The position numbers and the translations under genes are program-made. Under the pieces are notes generated by a model. It was not told where the DNA came from and did not search any database. It was given only the letters and a program-made list of their open reading frames with translations. Below are positions 51,768 through 61,718 of a DNA stretch of 64,000 nucleotides, in pieces. Positions within the stretch are counted from its first letter, which is position 1. Every line of letters starts with the position of its first letter. The DNA is from an uncultured cyanobacterium. Its GTDB lineage: Bacteria > Cyanobacteriota > Cyanobacteriia > Cyanobacteriales > CAWCAG01. The stretch spans positions 517,516 to 581,515 of the forward strand of contig CAWDOD010000010.1 in NCBI GenBank assembly GCA_963803805.1, in the 5' to 3' direction.

Positions 51768-52256
51768 ATGAAGTATATAAGACGACTATTAGCCCTTCTT
51801 GTGATTACCATACTTCTGGGTTTACCTTTACCCGCCCAAGCCGCAGAAAGTAAGTTGATTTATAACAATCTTTCTCTCCAAGGAGATGATTTTTCTAACC
51901 GAGAATTAGTTGGGGTAGAGTTTGGCAAAACTAACTTAGAAAATGTGAATTTTAGCAACTCCAATATGCAAGGAGCGGTTATTAACGCTTCTCCCATTAA
52001 AGGGGCTAACTTTCATGGCGTAGATTATTCCTACGGCATCACCTATTTAGCAAACTTCAAAGACTCTGATTTAGCCGATGCTCAATTTTTCCAAGCCTTG
52101 ATGCTACGGACAACTTTTGAGAATGTAGACATCACGGGGGCAGATTTCACCGATGCAGTTTTAGAAAAAACTGAAGTTAACAAACTTTGTCAAAATGCCA
52201 GTGGTGTAAATTCTGTGACAGGAGTTGCAACTCGCGATTCTTTGCGATGCAAGTAA
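51768..52256 (+). CDS. Pentapeptide-repeat protein (secreted/lumenal)
   Basis: Signal peptide AQA; A(D/N)F/L repeats; C-terminal LC..A.G.N..TG..TR.SL.C. Confidence 0.88.
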   Translation: MKYIRRLLALLVITILLGLPLPAQAAESKLIYNNLSLQGDDFSNRELVGVEFGKTNLENVNFSNSNMQGAVINASPIKGANFHGVDYSYGITYLANFKDSDLADAQFFQALMLRTTFENVDITGADFTDAVLEKTEVNKLCQNASGVNSVTGVATRDSLRCK

Positions 52257-52329
52257 TCAGTTATCAGTTATCAATAATCATTGATCATTGATGCCTTACA
52301 ACAACGGCAAAGCCTTATACTTATTGAAT

Positions 52330-53538
52330 ATGTCCTTAAAACGAGTTGGTGTCATTGGTGGTGGACAATTAGCGGGGATGATGGCAGCCGAAGCAGAAGC
52401 CTTGGGCATTGAATTAGCAGTGCAAACCCCTAGCTCTGAAGATCCTGCTGTTGCTATAGCCAGTGAAGTAATTTATGCCCCGGTAGATGATGCGGTAGCT
52501 ACAGCTAAACTTGCGACTTACTGTGAGGCTATCACCTTTGAAAACGAATTTATCAACCTAGCTGCCCTAAGTAAATTAGCCCAGGAAGGAGTTGATTTTC
52601 TACCCAGCTTAACTGCCTTAGCACCCCTGTTAGATAAATACCAACAACGCCTTTACCTACAAAAAATTGGGCTGCCTGTACCAAAGTTTGTCCTTTTAGA
52701 ATCAGGCAAAAAAATAACTTCTCCCTTTGGTTTCCCCGCCGTACTCAAAACAAGACGCAACGGTTACGACGGCAAAGGTACATTCATTGTCAAAAACCTC
52801 AATGACCTCAAAAACACCTGGGAAAGCCGAGAATGCCCTGACATCCTTTTAGAAGAATTTGTTCCTTTTGAACAAGAATTAGCGGTTATGGCTGCCCGTA
52901 GCCTCCAAGGAGAAATTGTTATCTATCCAATCGTAGAAACCCAACAAGTAGAGCAGGTTTGCCGCCGTGTCATCGCCCCAGCACAAATCCACTCAGAATT
53001 AGTTTTGCAAATTCAGGCGATCGCAACTACCTTACTAGAAAAACTCCAAGTCGTGGGCATCTTTGGCATTGAACTATTCCTCACTTCAGATCAGCGAGTC
53101 TTAGTTAATGAAATAGCCCCCCGTACCCATAATTCCGGACATTTCACCCTTGACGCTTGCGAAACTTCCCAATTCGCCATGCAACTACAAACAGTAGCAG
53201 ATTTACCATTAGGTTCACCTCAGATGAAATATCCAGGGGCAGTGATGGTTAACCTTTTGGGCTACGAAAACTCCCACAGCGACTACCAAGAAAAAAGAAA
53301 CCAACTCCAAGAAATTCCCCAAACCTACGTTCATTGGTACAGCAAAAAGGAATCCCGCCCTGGACGTAAATTAGGTCATGTGACAGCTTTACTAAATTCC
53401 CCAGACAGATCCGCAGCCTTGGAAATGATTCAAGCAATAGAATCTATTTGGTACGGTGACTTCAGAGTTAAATCTATTCAACTGTACCCAGTCTTGTTCC
53501 ATATTTCTCGCCAATCTGTAAAAAAACTATTAAAATAA
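52330..53538 (+). CDS. purK: N5-carboxyaminoimidazole ribonucleotide synthase
   Basis: IGGGQLA.MM, ITFENE, GYDGKG, NEIAPRTHNSGH, RPGRKLGHVT. Confidence 0.95.
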   Translation: MSLKRVGVIGGGQLAGMMAAEAEALGIELAVQTPSSEDPAVAIASEVIYAPVDDAVATAKLATYCEAITFENEFINLAALSKLAQEGVDFLPSLTALAPLLDKYQQRLYLQKIGLPVPKFVLLESGKKITSPFGFPAVLKTRRNGYDGKGTFIVKNLNDLKNTWESRECPDILLEEFVPFEQELAVMAARSLQGEIVIYPIVETQQVEQVCRRVIAPAQIHSELVLQIQAIATTLLEKLQVVGIFGIELFLTSDQRVLVNEIAPRTHNSGHFTLDACETSQFAMQLQTVADLPLGSPQMKYPGAVMVNLLGYENSHSDYQEKRNQLQEIPQTYVHWYSKKESRPGRKLGHVTALLNSPDRSAALEMIQAIESIWYGDFRVKSIQLYPVLFHISRQSVKKLLK

Positions 53539-53543
53539 GAAAA

Positions 53544-53724
53544 GTTCTACTGCGACGTTGGTGACTGCCAATAGCGTTTTTTGATCTATGCTTGATTTAT
53601 AAGGGAATCAACAGCTCTTGTGGCAGTAAACCGGGCAAGTACCCGGAAACTAAAAACGATGAGCGTCGATACCCACCTGGGTTTCCCAGGTCATAAACTG
53701 AGGTAAGACGGCGTTGCGGGGAAC
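53544..53724 (+). ncRNA. ssrS: 6S RNA
   Basis: About 180 nt; 5' GTTCTACTGCGACGTTG pairs with 3' CGGCGTTGCGGGGAAC; internal hairpins CCGGG/CCCGG and CCTGGG/CCCAGG; TAAAAT -10 box just upstream; position after purK is the usual cyanobacterial synteny. Confidence 0.85.
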
Positions 53725-53867
53725 ACATTTTTTCATTTTGGTTGGAGAAAGGATTCATCTTCTCAACTGATGTAAATCAAAGTCTTAATAAAGAAGGCCA
53801 TAAGCTATCAAGCATTTAATCTACTTGCGATTTCTTAAGTTAAATTCGCGATTCAAAAAAAATTAAC

Positions 53868-54179
53868 TCAAAGTGAAGCTATACAGTGGAATGAGCGAAT
53901 TTCCTTCGCATCTGATAAATAACAAACTCCTCCATATTTATTAATAACAGGTTTTATCTTTTCTACTACTAGTTCAACTTTCTCTTGAGGAGAGTAACAA
54001 ATTATAAATACATTACTTAAGTCACTACTAAGATCATCAGATACAGTCCCCAAGTCACTTTTACCAATTACATTCCTAATTATGGTATAACCAGGAATCC
54101 CGACATCTTCTAAAACTTTAATAATTTTGTCTACTTCTTTAAAAGCAACAATCATCTCTATTCGGCTAACTAGCTGCAC
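53868..54179 (-). CDS. sbtB: PII-like regulator of SbtA
   Basis: PII fold (GYTII.NV.G), KYGGVCY; directly downstream of sbtA. Confidence 0.85.
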   Translation of the reverse strand: MQLVSRIEMIVAFKEVDKIIKVLEDVGIPGYTIIRNVIGKSDLGTVSDDLSSDLSNVFIICYSPQEKVELVVEKIKPVINKYGGVCYLSDAKEIRSFHCIASL

Positions 54180-54242
54180 TTTATTTTCTCCTAAAATTGA
54201 TAATTTTAATTTTAATACTCTTGTGAAATTAGCTTTATTTAA

Positions 54243-55238
54243 TTATCCCCAAATATGATTAATAATTGCCATATAAACGGGGATACCAATAATAATATTA
54301 AAAGGAAAAGTTAATGCCAAAGCCATAGAAATATATAAACTTGGATTAGCTTCAGGTACAGTCATTCGCATCGCTGCAGGTACGGCAATATAAGAAGCAC
54401 TGGCCCATAATACTGTAAATAAAAGAGCATTACCGGGAGACATACCAATTAGCTTGGCGATAAAAATACCTATTAAGGCATTTAATACTGGCATAAAAAT
54501 TGCGAATCCAATCACAAATGAGCCACTTTTTCTCAAGTCTCCAATTCTTTTCGCTGCTACAAGTCCCATATCTAATAAGAAAAAAGTCAGAATTCCATAA
54601 AACATTTCTCCAGTAAATCCTTCTAATCTTTGCCAGCCTTGCTCACTAGTAATAATTCCGACAATTAGGCTACCTAACAAAAGAAAAACTGAACCATTTA
54701 AAAAAGCTTCTCGCAAAACTTCCAACCAAGAAAAATCCCCTTCATTGTCTTCTTTGCCAACTTCTTTGGACTTTGTAGATAGTTGGACTAAAACTAAACC
54801 GATAATGATGGCAGGCGACTCCATCAGGGCTAAAGCTGCTACCATATGACCACCATAAGTAACCGGGGGAAGTTGTTGCTCTAGAAAGGAAGTAGCGGTA
54901 ACAAAAGTTACGGCGCTAATTGAACCATAAGCTGCGGCGATCGCGGCGGCATTGTAAGCGTCTAATTTGATTTTGAGAATAAAAAAAGAATAAATAGGAA
55001 CAATAGTAGCGGAAATAATTGCCACTAACAAAGTTATGGCAATTTCACTATCAATACCGCTTTCATGAATTTCATGACCCCCTTTGAAACCAATGGCAAA
55101 TAAAAGATAAAGAGAAAATAGTTTAGGTAAAGGTTGAGGAATTTCTAAATCTGAACCGAGAAAAACCGCCATCATGCCGATAAAGAAAAACAAAACTGGC
55201 GGATTTAAAATATTAGAAAGAATTAAACTAGAGTCCAT
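54243..55238 (-). CDS. sbtA: Sodium-dependent bicarbonate transporter
   Basis: SDLEIP, AIGFKGG, YGSISAVTF, MESPAI, SASYIAVPAA, TFPFN. Confidence 0.9.
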   Translation of the reverse strand: MDSSLILSNILNPPVLFFFIGMMAVFLGSDLEIPQPLPKLFSLYLLFAIGFKGGHEIHESGIDSEIAITLLVAIISATIVPIYSFFILKIKLDAYNAAAIAAAYGSISAVTFVTATSFLEQQLPPVTYGGHMVAALALMESPAIIIGLVLVQLSTKSKEVGKEDNEGDFSWLEVLREAFLNGSVFLLLGSLIVGIITSEQGWQRLEGFTGEMFYGILTFFLLDMGLVAAKRIGDLRKSGSFVIGFAIFMPVLNALIGIFIAKLIGMSPGNALLFTVLWASASYIAVPAAMRMTVPEANPSLYISMALALTFPFNIIIGIPVYMAIINHIWG

Positions 55239-55400
55239 AATTTAGCTAGGAATTGATATTTGATTAACTATCCTGTAGTTGATTGCTTTAGGCAAATGAA
55301 AATAAAATTTTATATCAACAGCCAAAACTGTTAGGAGATAAAAAACTCACGCCTTAGAAGATAGCAACTCTTTTTCCCCTAATCCCTGTTCCCTGATATC

Positions 55401-57575
55401 TTAGCGACATTGAGGATGCTTACCGCCGCGATCGCAGATAAAATATATTTGCTCTTTGCTCAGATTTTTAACTCTGCTGAAATTTACTCCTTTGATTTGA
55501 GCGGCAGATTTATTCAGACTTGGTGCTTGCAAAAATTGTTCTTTTGTGGTTGATTTTTGTTTCACAAAGATGACTCCCTGAAAATCTGCGTTACTTAAGT
55601 TAGCCCCTCGTAAATCTGCTTTAGTGAGGTTTGCTCCTTGAAGGTTGGCATTTTGCAGTTGAGTATCCCTTAAGTCTGCGTCTTGAAGTTGAGTATTACT
55701 CAAGTCTGCTTCTTGCAAATTGGCATCTTGGAAATCAACCTCTGCTAAATTAGACTCTTGCCAGTTAGATTGAGTTAAATCAGCTTGTTGAAACTGCGCC
55801 CCAGGGGCTTGCACCTGCCCCAAACTTGCTCCTTGTAGGTTAGCTTGGTAAAAGTCTGCTGAGCCTAAGTCAGCCCCTGTCAGGCTGGTCTTTTGTAAAT
55901 TTGCTCCTTGGAGATTAGTATTAATAATTTGAGCGCTGCTTAAATTAGCCCCTTCTAAATTAGCTTTGCTTAAGTTAGCCCGGTTGAGGGTAGCTTGCAT
56001 CAAATTAGCCCGGTTGAGGGAGACTTTACTTAAATTAGCCCCTCGTAAATCTGCTTTCTTTAAATTAGCCCCACTTAAATCTGCGATCGCATCGTCATAA
56101 GTCCCCCAACGCTGGTCTTTCCCTGGGCTGCGGAAGTTACTGCCCCGCAAGCTAGCTTGAGCTAAATCAGCCCCCCTAAAGTTAATCTGTGACAACTCAG
56201 TATCCTCTAGTACTAAGGTAAACTGATTGTAATCAGTGCTAAGATAGCCCAAATTAACACGATTGAGATTGAAACTAGCCTTTTGATCACTATAAATACT
56301 TAAAAGCTTAGCGATCGCCCTCTGGGTTGTTTGTAAACGTAAAGTTACGAGTAATTCTTCTGGTTGAGAATTGCCTTTTTGTAAAGTTTCTCTATCATGT
56401 TGCAAAGATTGATTTAAGCGTTGCAAAGGAGGTAATGAAGCCGGACCAATACTAACCAAAGCCTGCTTAATTGCTTCAATTAAAGTCGGATTTTCCTCTT
56501 GGCTTAACAAGTCTACTAACATAGGGGCCGCACGACTATCTTCTAACCTCGCCAAAGCTAAGATTGCCCCTCGGCGTTCCTCAACACTCTGGCTAGAATT
56601 AGAGTTAAGTTGCTTAATTAGAGCCAGAAAAGTGACATTTTTTTGCTGCTTAAATTCTCGCTGATTAGCTTGACTTTGAATATAAATTTGCGTTCCTACA
56701 AAAGTCCCTAATACCGCTAGCAAAGCCCCAGAAGAGATAATTACAAGCGTTAAGCCAGGATTGTAACGCATCCACCGCCACAAAGAAAAACTCCGCTCTT
56801 CAGCCTTGGCAGTGAGAACTATCGTTGTCAGTTTAGCTTCGGGAGAGACTGATTCTTGATTTTGCCAATTAGTTTGTACCTCAACAACTCTAGCTGTTTG
56901 AGTTGAGTGGCTGTTACCAGTAAAATTATCCCTACCATTAACAACATAAGTCCCAGCGACGCGATCATGAAAACTGCGGCGGTGATAGCGACCACTAAAA
57001 GATAACGCTTCTGCTATCAACATCACACCTGTTAGCCCTAACAAAATACCTAAATCGGGGAAAGCCCCCAGGTAACGCCAAATTAGATAACTTGAACCTA
57101 CAGGCATTCCCCAGCGCCCGACTCCTTCACGAAGCAGTAATCTTTTCAAGCTAGGTGCAGTACCGGCCCCTGTAACCACTCGTACTCCGAACCATTTTTT
57201 GGCAGTAGTTTGGCCCGTTTTACTTAAAAGATATAGTTGCCAGGCGGAGAAGATAACCGGAGTACCTAATGCTGTCCACCATAATAAATTGGTTAAGGGG
57301 GCAACTAAGGGCTGTCTTTCGGGATCTGGGGGTAAGGCTAGGGTTTTTTCAGTAACTTCTTTAGTAATTGCCAATCCAGCATGGAGAGGGACTGATTTTT
57401 GGGCAGTATGGTGATGGACATAAAGACCAATACCATAGGGAATCAAAGCACTCATAGCCAGCATTGATAATTCTACTAACCAAGCAGTAGAACGCCTAGC
57501 TATTAATGGTAAGTGTTGAGGCAAGTGATAGTTACTTACCTGCTTCCTACCTCTTTTAATTGTTGGGTTTGCCAT
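55401..57575 (-). CDS. RDD-domain plus HEAT-like plus pentapeptide-repeat membrane protein
   Basis: RR..AWLVE, GQT..K..FG.RVV, HDR.AGT.VV (RDD); many A(N/D)LxxA repeats. Confidence 0.82.
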   Translation of the reverse strand: MANPTIKRGRKQVSNYHLPQHLPLIARRSTAWLVELSMLAMSALIPYGIGLYVHHHTAQKSVPLHAGLAITKEVTEKTLALPPDPERQPLVAPLTNLLWWTALGTPVIFSAWQLYLLSKTGQTTAKKWFGVRVVTGAGTAPSLKRLLLREGVGRWGMPVGSSYLIWRYLGAFPDLGILLGLTGVMLIAEALSFSGRYHRRSFHDRVAGTYVVNGRDNFTGNSHSTQTARVVEVQTNWQNQESVSPEAKLTTIVLTAKAEERSFSLWRWMRYNPGLTLVIISSGALLAVLGTFVGTQIYIQSQANQREFKQQKNVTFLALIKQLNSNSSQSVEERRGAILALARLEDSRAAPMLVDLLSQEENPTLIEAIKQALVSIGPASLPPLQRLNQSLQHDRETLQKGNSQPEELLVTLRLQTTQRAIAKLLSIYSDQKASFNLNRVNLGYLSTDYNQFTLVLEDTELSQINFRGADLAQASLRGSNFRSPGKDQRWGTYDDAIADLSGANLKKADLRGANLSKVSLNRANLMQATLNRANLSKANLEGANLSSAQIINTNLQGANLQKTSLTGADLGSADFYQANLQGASLGQVQAPGAQFQQADLTQSNWQESNLAEVDFQDANLQEADLSNTQLQDADLRDTQLQNANLQGANLTKADLRGANLSNADFQGVIFVKQKSTTKEQFLQAPSLNKSAAQIKGVNFSRVKNLSKEQIYFICDRGGKHPQCR

Positions 57576-57614
57576 GCAGAGAATCCCACGCTGCGAGTAC
57601 TGATTTTACCCATT

Positions 57615-57959
57615 CTATTCTGAAGAGCGCGGTGCTAGGAAAAACTTATAGAGTAAGTAAAGTACAACTCCCATAATTATTAAGCTTAGTAAGGAAGTTA
57701 CCACCCTCAAAACCGTATTTAATAAAGAAAAGCCGACCATAGCTGCTACTACGGCTACAGCTACTTTAGCTATGGGAGGAAGTTGTTGAAACCAAACCTG
57801 TAAGCGCTCAAAAGTTTGTTCTAGGGAGAATTCATTGTTGCGGGCTACAGAAGATTCTACTTCTGTGGAATTGTTGTTAGAAGTAGATGAAGTTTGGTTA
57901 ACTTCTCTTTCTAATTCTTGAAATCTTTGCTCTAAGTCGGGTCTTTCTGGGCTATTCAT
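57615..57959 (-). CDS. Conserved hypothetical membrane protein
   Basis: N-terminal coiled coil, two C-terminal TM helices. Confidence 0.65.
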   Translation of the reverse strand: MNSPERPDLEQRFQELEREVNQTSSTSNNNSTEVESSVARNNEFSLEQTFERLQVWFQQLPPIAKVAVAVVAAMVGFSLLNTVLRVVTSLLSLIIMGVVLYLLYKFFLAPRSSE

Positions 57960-58168
57960 GGTTTATTATCGATTCTAGTACTTTTTATCTAATTTTATCT
58001 TTCGTCTGGTGGCGGTGGGAGTTACACTCCTGTAGAGTTATTGCTACTTTTTTTGTTATTGGCTATTTGGACAGTTGATAAACAGGAACATACCCTTACC
58101 CAATTGGAGATATTTTCTAGGAAACTAGATTTATCAAGAGCAAACCTAGTTAAGAGGTCGAGAAAACC

Positions 58169-58603
58169 ATGATCGACACAATCATCAAAAGAGCATTCCT
58201 ACCCACGACCTTAGTTATAACTTTACTAGGTACAGGAGTAGCTGTTGGTCAAGGAAATGTCACTACTATAAGTAAAGATCCTAGTTCAGGGCCAATTACC
58301 TTATCAGGAATGTCTGGCGGTTCTGTAGATTCTGGAGATTGCGGTTCAGTTTCGGATACACCCAATCAAGTAATTAATGTCGCTGAACGTATTGATTATA
58401 TGCGAGTTTCTGTAGAAGCAGAAGGGCAACCAACTTTAATTATAGAGGGGCCTAGTGGTCGTTTTTGCCTTTTACCAGATAGTTTTTCTGGCAAGCCGGA
58501 AATGTCTGGTTTATTTACCGCAGGAGTTTATAAAATTAGTGTAGGCGACCTTTCTGGCACTCAAAATTCCTTTCAACTTTCTATCTCTCAACAGAAACCT
58601 TAA
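58169..58603 (+). CDS. Secreted hypothetical protein (pre-peptidase C-terminal-like domain)
   Basis: Signal peptide; G.SGG...CG, PTL.I.GP.G.FC, G.Y.I.VG. Confidence 0.6.
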   Translation: MIDTIIKRAFLPTTLVITLLGTGVAVGQGNVTTISKDPSSGPITLSGMSGGSVDSGDCGSVSDTPNQVINVAERIDYMRVSVEAEGQPTLIIEGPSGRFCLLPDSFSGKPEMSGLFTAGVYKISVGDLSGTQNSFQLSISQQKP

Positions 58604-58630
58604 TGGCTAATGGCTAATGGCTAATGGCTA
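58601..58630. repeat. STRR (TAATGGC)x4
   Basis: Read directly; reverse complement of the CCATTAG unit. Confidence 0.85.
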
Positions 58631-58697
58631 GTTGCCAGTAGAAGGTGATGGGTAACAAGCATAAAACTACAGCTTAGTATTTTACCTATTACCTCCC

Positions 58698-58825
58698 TAA
58701 GAGAACTCCAATAAATAAAATAAAATATCCTCACCAAGTATAAGATTTTAGCCACTAGCAACTAGCGACTAGCGACTAGCCATTAGCTGATCGCTTTTGG
58801 ATAAGTCTTTTCTTGACTCTCTCTA
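58698..58825 (-). mobile_element. MITE-like dispersed repeat, copy 2 (expanded internal STRR)
   Basis: Reverse complement matches 16573-16675. Confidence 0.8.
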
Positions 58826-59680
58826 ACCCTTAACTGCCCCTGCGGTTAATCCTTGGACGATACGACGTTGGAACAGCAAGACCAAAATAACTAAAGGTAA
58901 AGTTCCCAACACCGTTGCTGCGGCAATGGGACCATAGGGAATTTCAAATACCGATGCCCCTCCTATTTGTGCTGTAGCGACAGGAATAGTTTTCATGGTT
59001 TCGCGGGTAATAAAGGTTAGGGCAAAAATATACTCATTCCAGGCGAAAATAAAAGTAAGAATCCCGGTAGTTACTAAAGCAGGGATTGTCATAGGTAAAA
59101 CTATCTTAAAAAGCATTTGCAAAGTTTTGTAACCATCTACTTTTGCCGCATCTTCCAAATCTTTAGGTAGTTGTTGAAAGAAGCTACGCATTACCAAAAT
59201 AGTTAAGGGTAAATTTATGGCTGTATAGGGAATAATCAAAGCGAGATAGTTATTTCCTAACCCTACAGCTTTAACTATCTCCAATAAACCCAGGAATAAC
59301 AAGACATAGGGGAAAAGAGTGATGATTAGTATTGCCCCTAAAATAATTTGTTCTCCTGGCAATCTTAATCTTGCTAAAGCGTAAGCGGCTGGTGCGCCTA
59401 GGGCTAAGCATAAAATGGTAGAGGTGATGGAGACAAAAGCACTATTTAAGATGTAATAAATGAAAGGGCGACGGCTAAATAGTTCTTGGTAATGCCCTAA
59501 AGTGAAACGAGTCGGGAAATAAACATTAGGGATAGCGGAAATATCTTCGTTGACTTTAAAAGAAGTCAGCAATTGCCACAGAATTGGGGCCAGGAAGAAG
59601 ATGACGATTAAAGCGACGGAGATAATCAATAAAGCTTTTTTATTAATAGAGTTAGTCATATCGGACATTTCGCAGATCAA
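58823..59680 (-). CDS. Carbohydrate ABC transporter permease (MalG-like)
   Basis: EAA loop LPKDLEDAAKVDG; AWNEY.FA; GLTAGAVKG end. Confidence 0.92.
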   Translation of the reverse strand: MICEMSDMTNSINKKALLIISVALIVIFFLAPILWQLLTSFKVNEDISAIPNVYFPTRFTLGHYQELFSRRPFIYYILNSAFVSITSTILCLALGAPAAYALARLRLPGEQIILGAILIITLFPYVLLFLGLLEIVKAVGLGNNYLALIIPYTAINLPLTILVMRSFFQQLPKDLEDAAKVDGYKTLQMLFKIVLPMTIPALVTTGILTFIFAWNEYIFALTFITRETMKTIPVATAQIGGASVFEIPYGPIAAATVLGTLPLVILVLLFQRRIVQGLTAGAVKG

Positions 59681-59715
59681 TAGCTCTAAACACCTGATAG
59701 CTTAGACTAATTTCA

Positions 59716-59755
59716 AGTACACAACATTGACACAAGACTAACACTTGTTTGTCAC
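59716..59755 (+). promoter_or_regulatory. 11-bp-periodic direct-repeat box (candidate OmpR/PhoB-type site)
   Basis: AGTACAC at 59716, TTGACAC at 59727, CTAACAC at 59738, TTGTCAC at 59749. Confidence 0.45.
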
Positions 59756-59799
59756 ATCCTAGGAGTAACTTAGAAAGTATCCAAGTTGGAGAAAAGAAT

Positions 59800-60012
59800 A
59801 TGGAAACTACATTCAAATCTTTTAAAGGCATTGGTACATTTGCAATCGCTTGTTTTGCGTTCGCAGCTACTCCCTTTCCTGCTGCGGCTGCTCAAGAAAC
59901 TGAGCATACCCAGCTTAACTCCATTCTCTCAGCTTTGCATAAAGAGCAAACTATTGAAATGACTGATGAACAGGCTGAATATATTCATGCGTTGCAGGAA
60001 CATTATGAATAA
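59800..60012 (+). CDS. Small secreted hypothetical protein
   Basis: GGAGA RBS, ATG at 59800, signal peptide ending AAAA-Q. Confidence 0.6.
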   Translation: METTFKSFKGIGTFAIACFAFAATPFPAAAAQETEHTQLNSILSALHKEQTIEMTDEQAEYIHALQEHYE

Positions 60013-60047
60013 CTAATAACTATTTGGTAAATCGTCTCTAACCCTTG

Positions 60048-60225
60048 CTAGCTAGAATTTTGCAGTAATTGAGATAACTTTGCTTCGATTCTAGCTAAGC
60101 TTTCCTTGAATTCATTTTGCTGGTCTTCAGTAAAAAGCTCTAGAGTTAGGCTACCATTAGTTTCAAGAATAGCTAACTTAACCTGGGCAATATCTACAAC
60201 TCCCCGTTGACGTAGCTTTGTATAT
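60048..60225 (-). pseudogene. C-terminal remnant of a YetF/DUF421-family gene
   Basis: LRQRGV.DI.QV.LAILETNG.L motif without the N-terminal TM domain; no room upstream because of the divergent hydrolase gene. Confidence 0.65.
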
Positions 60226-60251
60226 AGAATAAGGAATATGTTACCCCTGCC

Positions 60252-61061
60252 ATGCAAAAAGTGTTAGAAGACCAACTTGCTGGTAAAAAACTACATCTAC
60301 GGCGAGGAGTAGATTTGCAGGTTTGCCATTTTCCAGGAGTGACTCCTGGAATCGTTTTTCTGCACGGTGGGTTAGGAAATAGATATAACTGGCGATCGCA
60401 GTACGAATTTTTTGCTCAGCAAGGTAGGGAGGTGTTGGCTTATGATTTAGCTGGACATGGACAGTCTACCCCTTATCAACGCTACTCTTTAGGCAGACAT
60501 AGGCGAGACTTGAATCGGTTGTTGAAACGTTTACACATCCACTCTCCTATCCTTTGCTGTCATAGCTACGGTGTACCTATTGGTTTGGAGTGGGCGAGAA
60601 AGCATCCGGTGCGGGGTTTGGTGCTGATTGCTGGAGGAACCCACGATTTAGACCCTTGGTGGGAAATTCCTTTGATGAAGTTTCTTGCTTGGGGTGGGAG
60701 ATATCTTTATCATTTACCAGGGGTTCAGTCTCTAACAAACCGCTTATCGAGTGATGGTACTGGAAGAAAGATTGAGCGTTTTTTTGCTGAAAGCCCTGTC
60801 CCCACAGAACCTCATCCCTATGAAGCCTTAGAAATATTTTGGGGTTATAACTTTTTCGGTCGTGATCGCCCCTCCATTAAGTTTCAATTCCCGGTTTTAG
60901 TCATTAGTGGTGGTAAAGACCCCATGTTTACGGAAATAATGGGAGAACAATTAGCTGCTATCTTTCCCTTGGGGCAACATCTACACTTGCCTGAAGCGGG
61001 GCATTTACTAATCGGAGAATATCCCGATCAGGTTAATGATGCGATCGCCGATTTGTTATGA
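60252..61061 (+). CDS. Alpha/beta hydrolase
   Basis: FLHGGLG, YDLAGHG.S, nucleophile CHSYG, G..DP, AGH. Confidence 0.88.
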   Translation: MQKVLEDQLAGKKLHLRRGVDLQVCHFPGVTPGIVFLHGGLGNRYNWRSQYEFFAQQGREVLAYDLAGHGQSTPYQRYSLGRHRRDLNRLLKRLHIHSPILCCHSYGVPIGLEWARKHPVRGLVLIAGGTHDLDPWWEIPLMKFLAWGGRYLYHLPGVQSLTNRLSSDGTGRKIERFFAESPVPTEPHPYEALEIFWGYNFFGRDRPSIKFQFPVLVISGGKDPMFTEIMGEQLAAIFPLGQHLHLPEAGHLLIGEYPDQVNDAIADLL

Positions 61062-61090
61062 AATCAAACAAATTAGTCATCCTCCGAAAG

Positions 61091-61130
61091 TTGACACAGA
61101 AACAACATTGATTCGACACAAGTTTGTCAT
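61091..61130 (+). promoter_or_regulatory. 11-bp-periodic direct-repeat box (same type as at 59716)
   Basis: TTGACAC at 61091, ACAACAT at 61102, TCGACAC at 61113, TTGTCAT at 61124. Confidence 0.45.
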
Positions 61131-61196
61131 GAGGAGTCGTTACACTTTAAGCAGATTCAAAAAAAACGAATCAAAAATCATACAAAGGAGAATTGT

Positions 61197-61718
61197 ATGA
61201 ATATTCTTCAAAAGGGTTTAATCGGTGTCAGCTTAGTTGCGTTACTAGCAAGCTGTAGCCCAGATGCTAAAACAAAATCACCCGCGACGGAAACTTCAAA
61301 AGCAACACCGGCTGAAGTGAGGCCAGTAAAGGACAAGACTACCTCAGCACAAAAAGATAGTGAACTACTCTCAACCATTGATGTGAAGCTATCAGATGGC
61401 AAGGTTGAGCTTTCCGAATCCCAGGTTAAAGCGGGGCCTCTAGAATTTAAAGTTCACAATGATACCACTGAACCGTTAGAGCTGGCAGTGATTAAAACAG
61501 AGGTTGAGCCAACCAAAATCATGGTTAAAGAAGGGAAGATTGATAAAACGCAAAAAGGAGTTGAAGTAATTTCGCAATTACGCGATCGCCCAATCAAGCC
61601 TGGACAAGAACAAACCATTGCAGAAACCTTTGAGCCAGGAGAATATACTGTAGTAGTGACTTCCCCTAACCAGGCTGAGCCAATTGCCTATTCTACTTTA
61701 ACCCTGCAACCAAAGTAG
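61197..61718 (+). CDS. Lipoprotein with cupredoxin-like fold
   Basis: Lipobox LASC; V.AG...F.V.N, I.PG......F.PG.Y pattern; AAGGAG RBS. Confidence 0.65.
   Translation: MNILQKGLIGVSLVALLASCSPDAKTKSPATETSKATPAEVRPVKDKTTSAQKDSELLSTIDVKLSDGKVELSESQVKAGPLEFKVHNDTTEPLELAVIKTEVEPTKIMVKEGKIDKTQKGVEVISQLRDRPIKPGQEQTIAETFEPGEYTVVVTSPNQAEPIAYSTLTLQPK

Noticed and set aside
55250..55290. Possible NdhR/CcmR operator upstream of sbtA (ATCAA repeats)
   Set aside because: AT-rich and only a partial match; not distinguishable from background
55560..56180. Nucleotide-level direct repeats (e.g. AAATTAGCCCGGTTGAGG twice)
   Set aside because: Explained by pentapeptide-repeat coding
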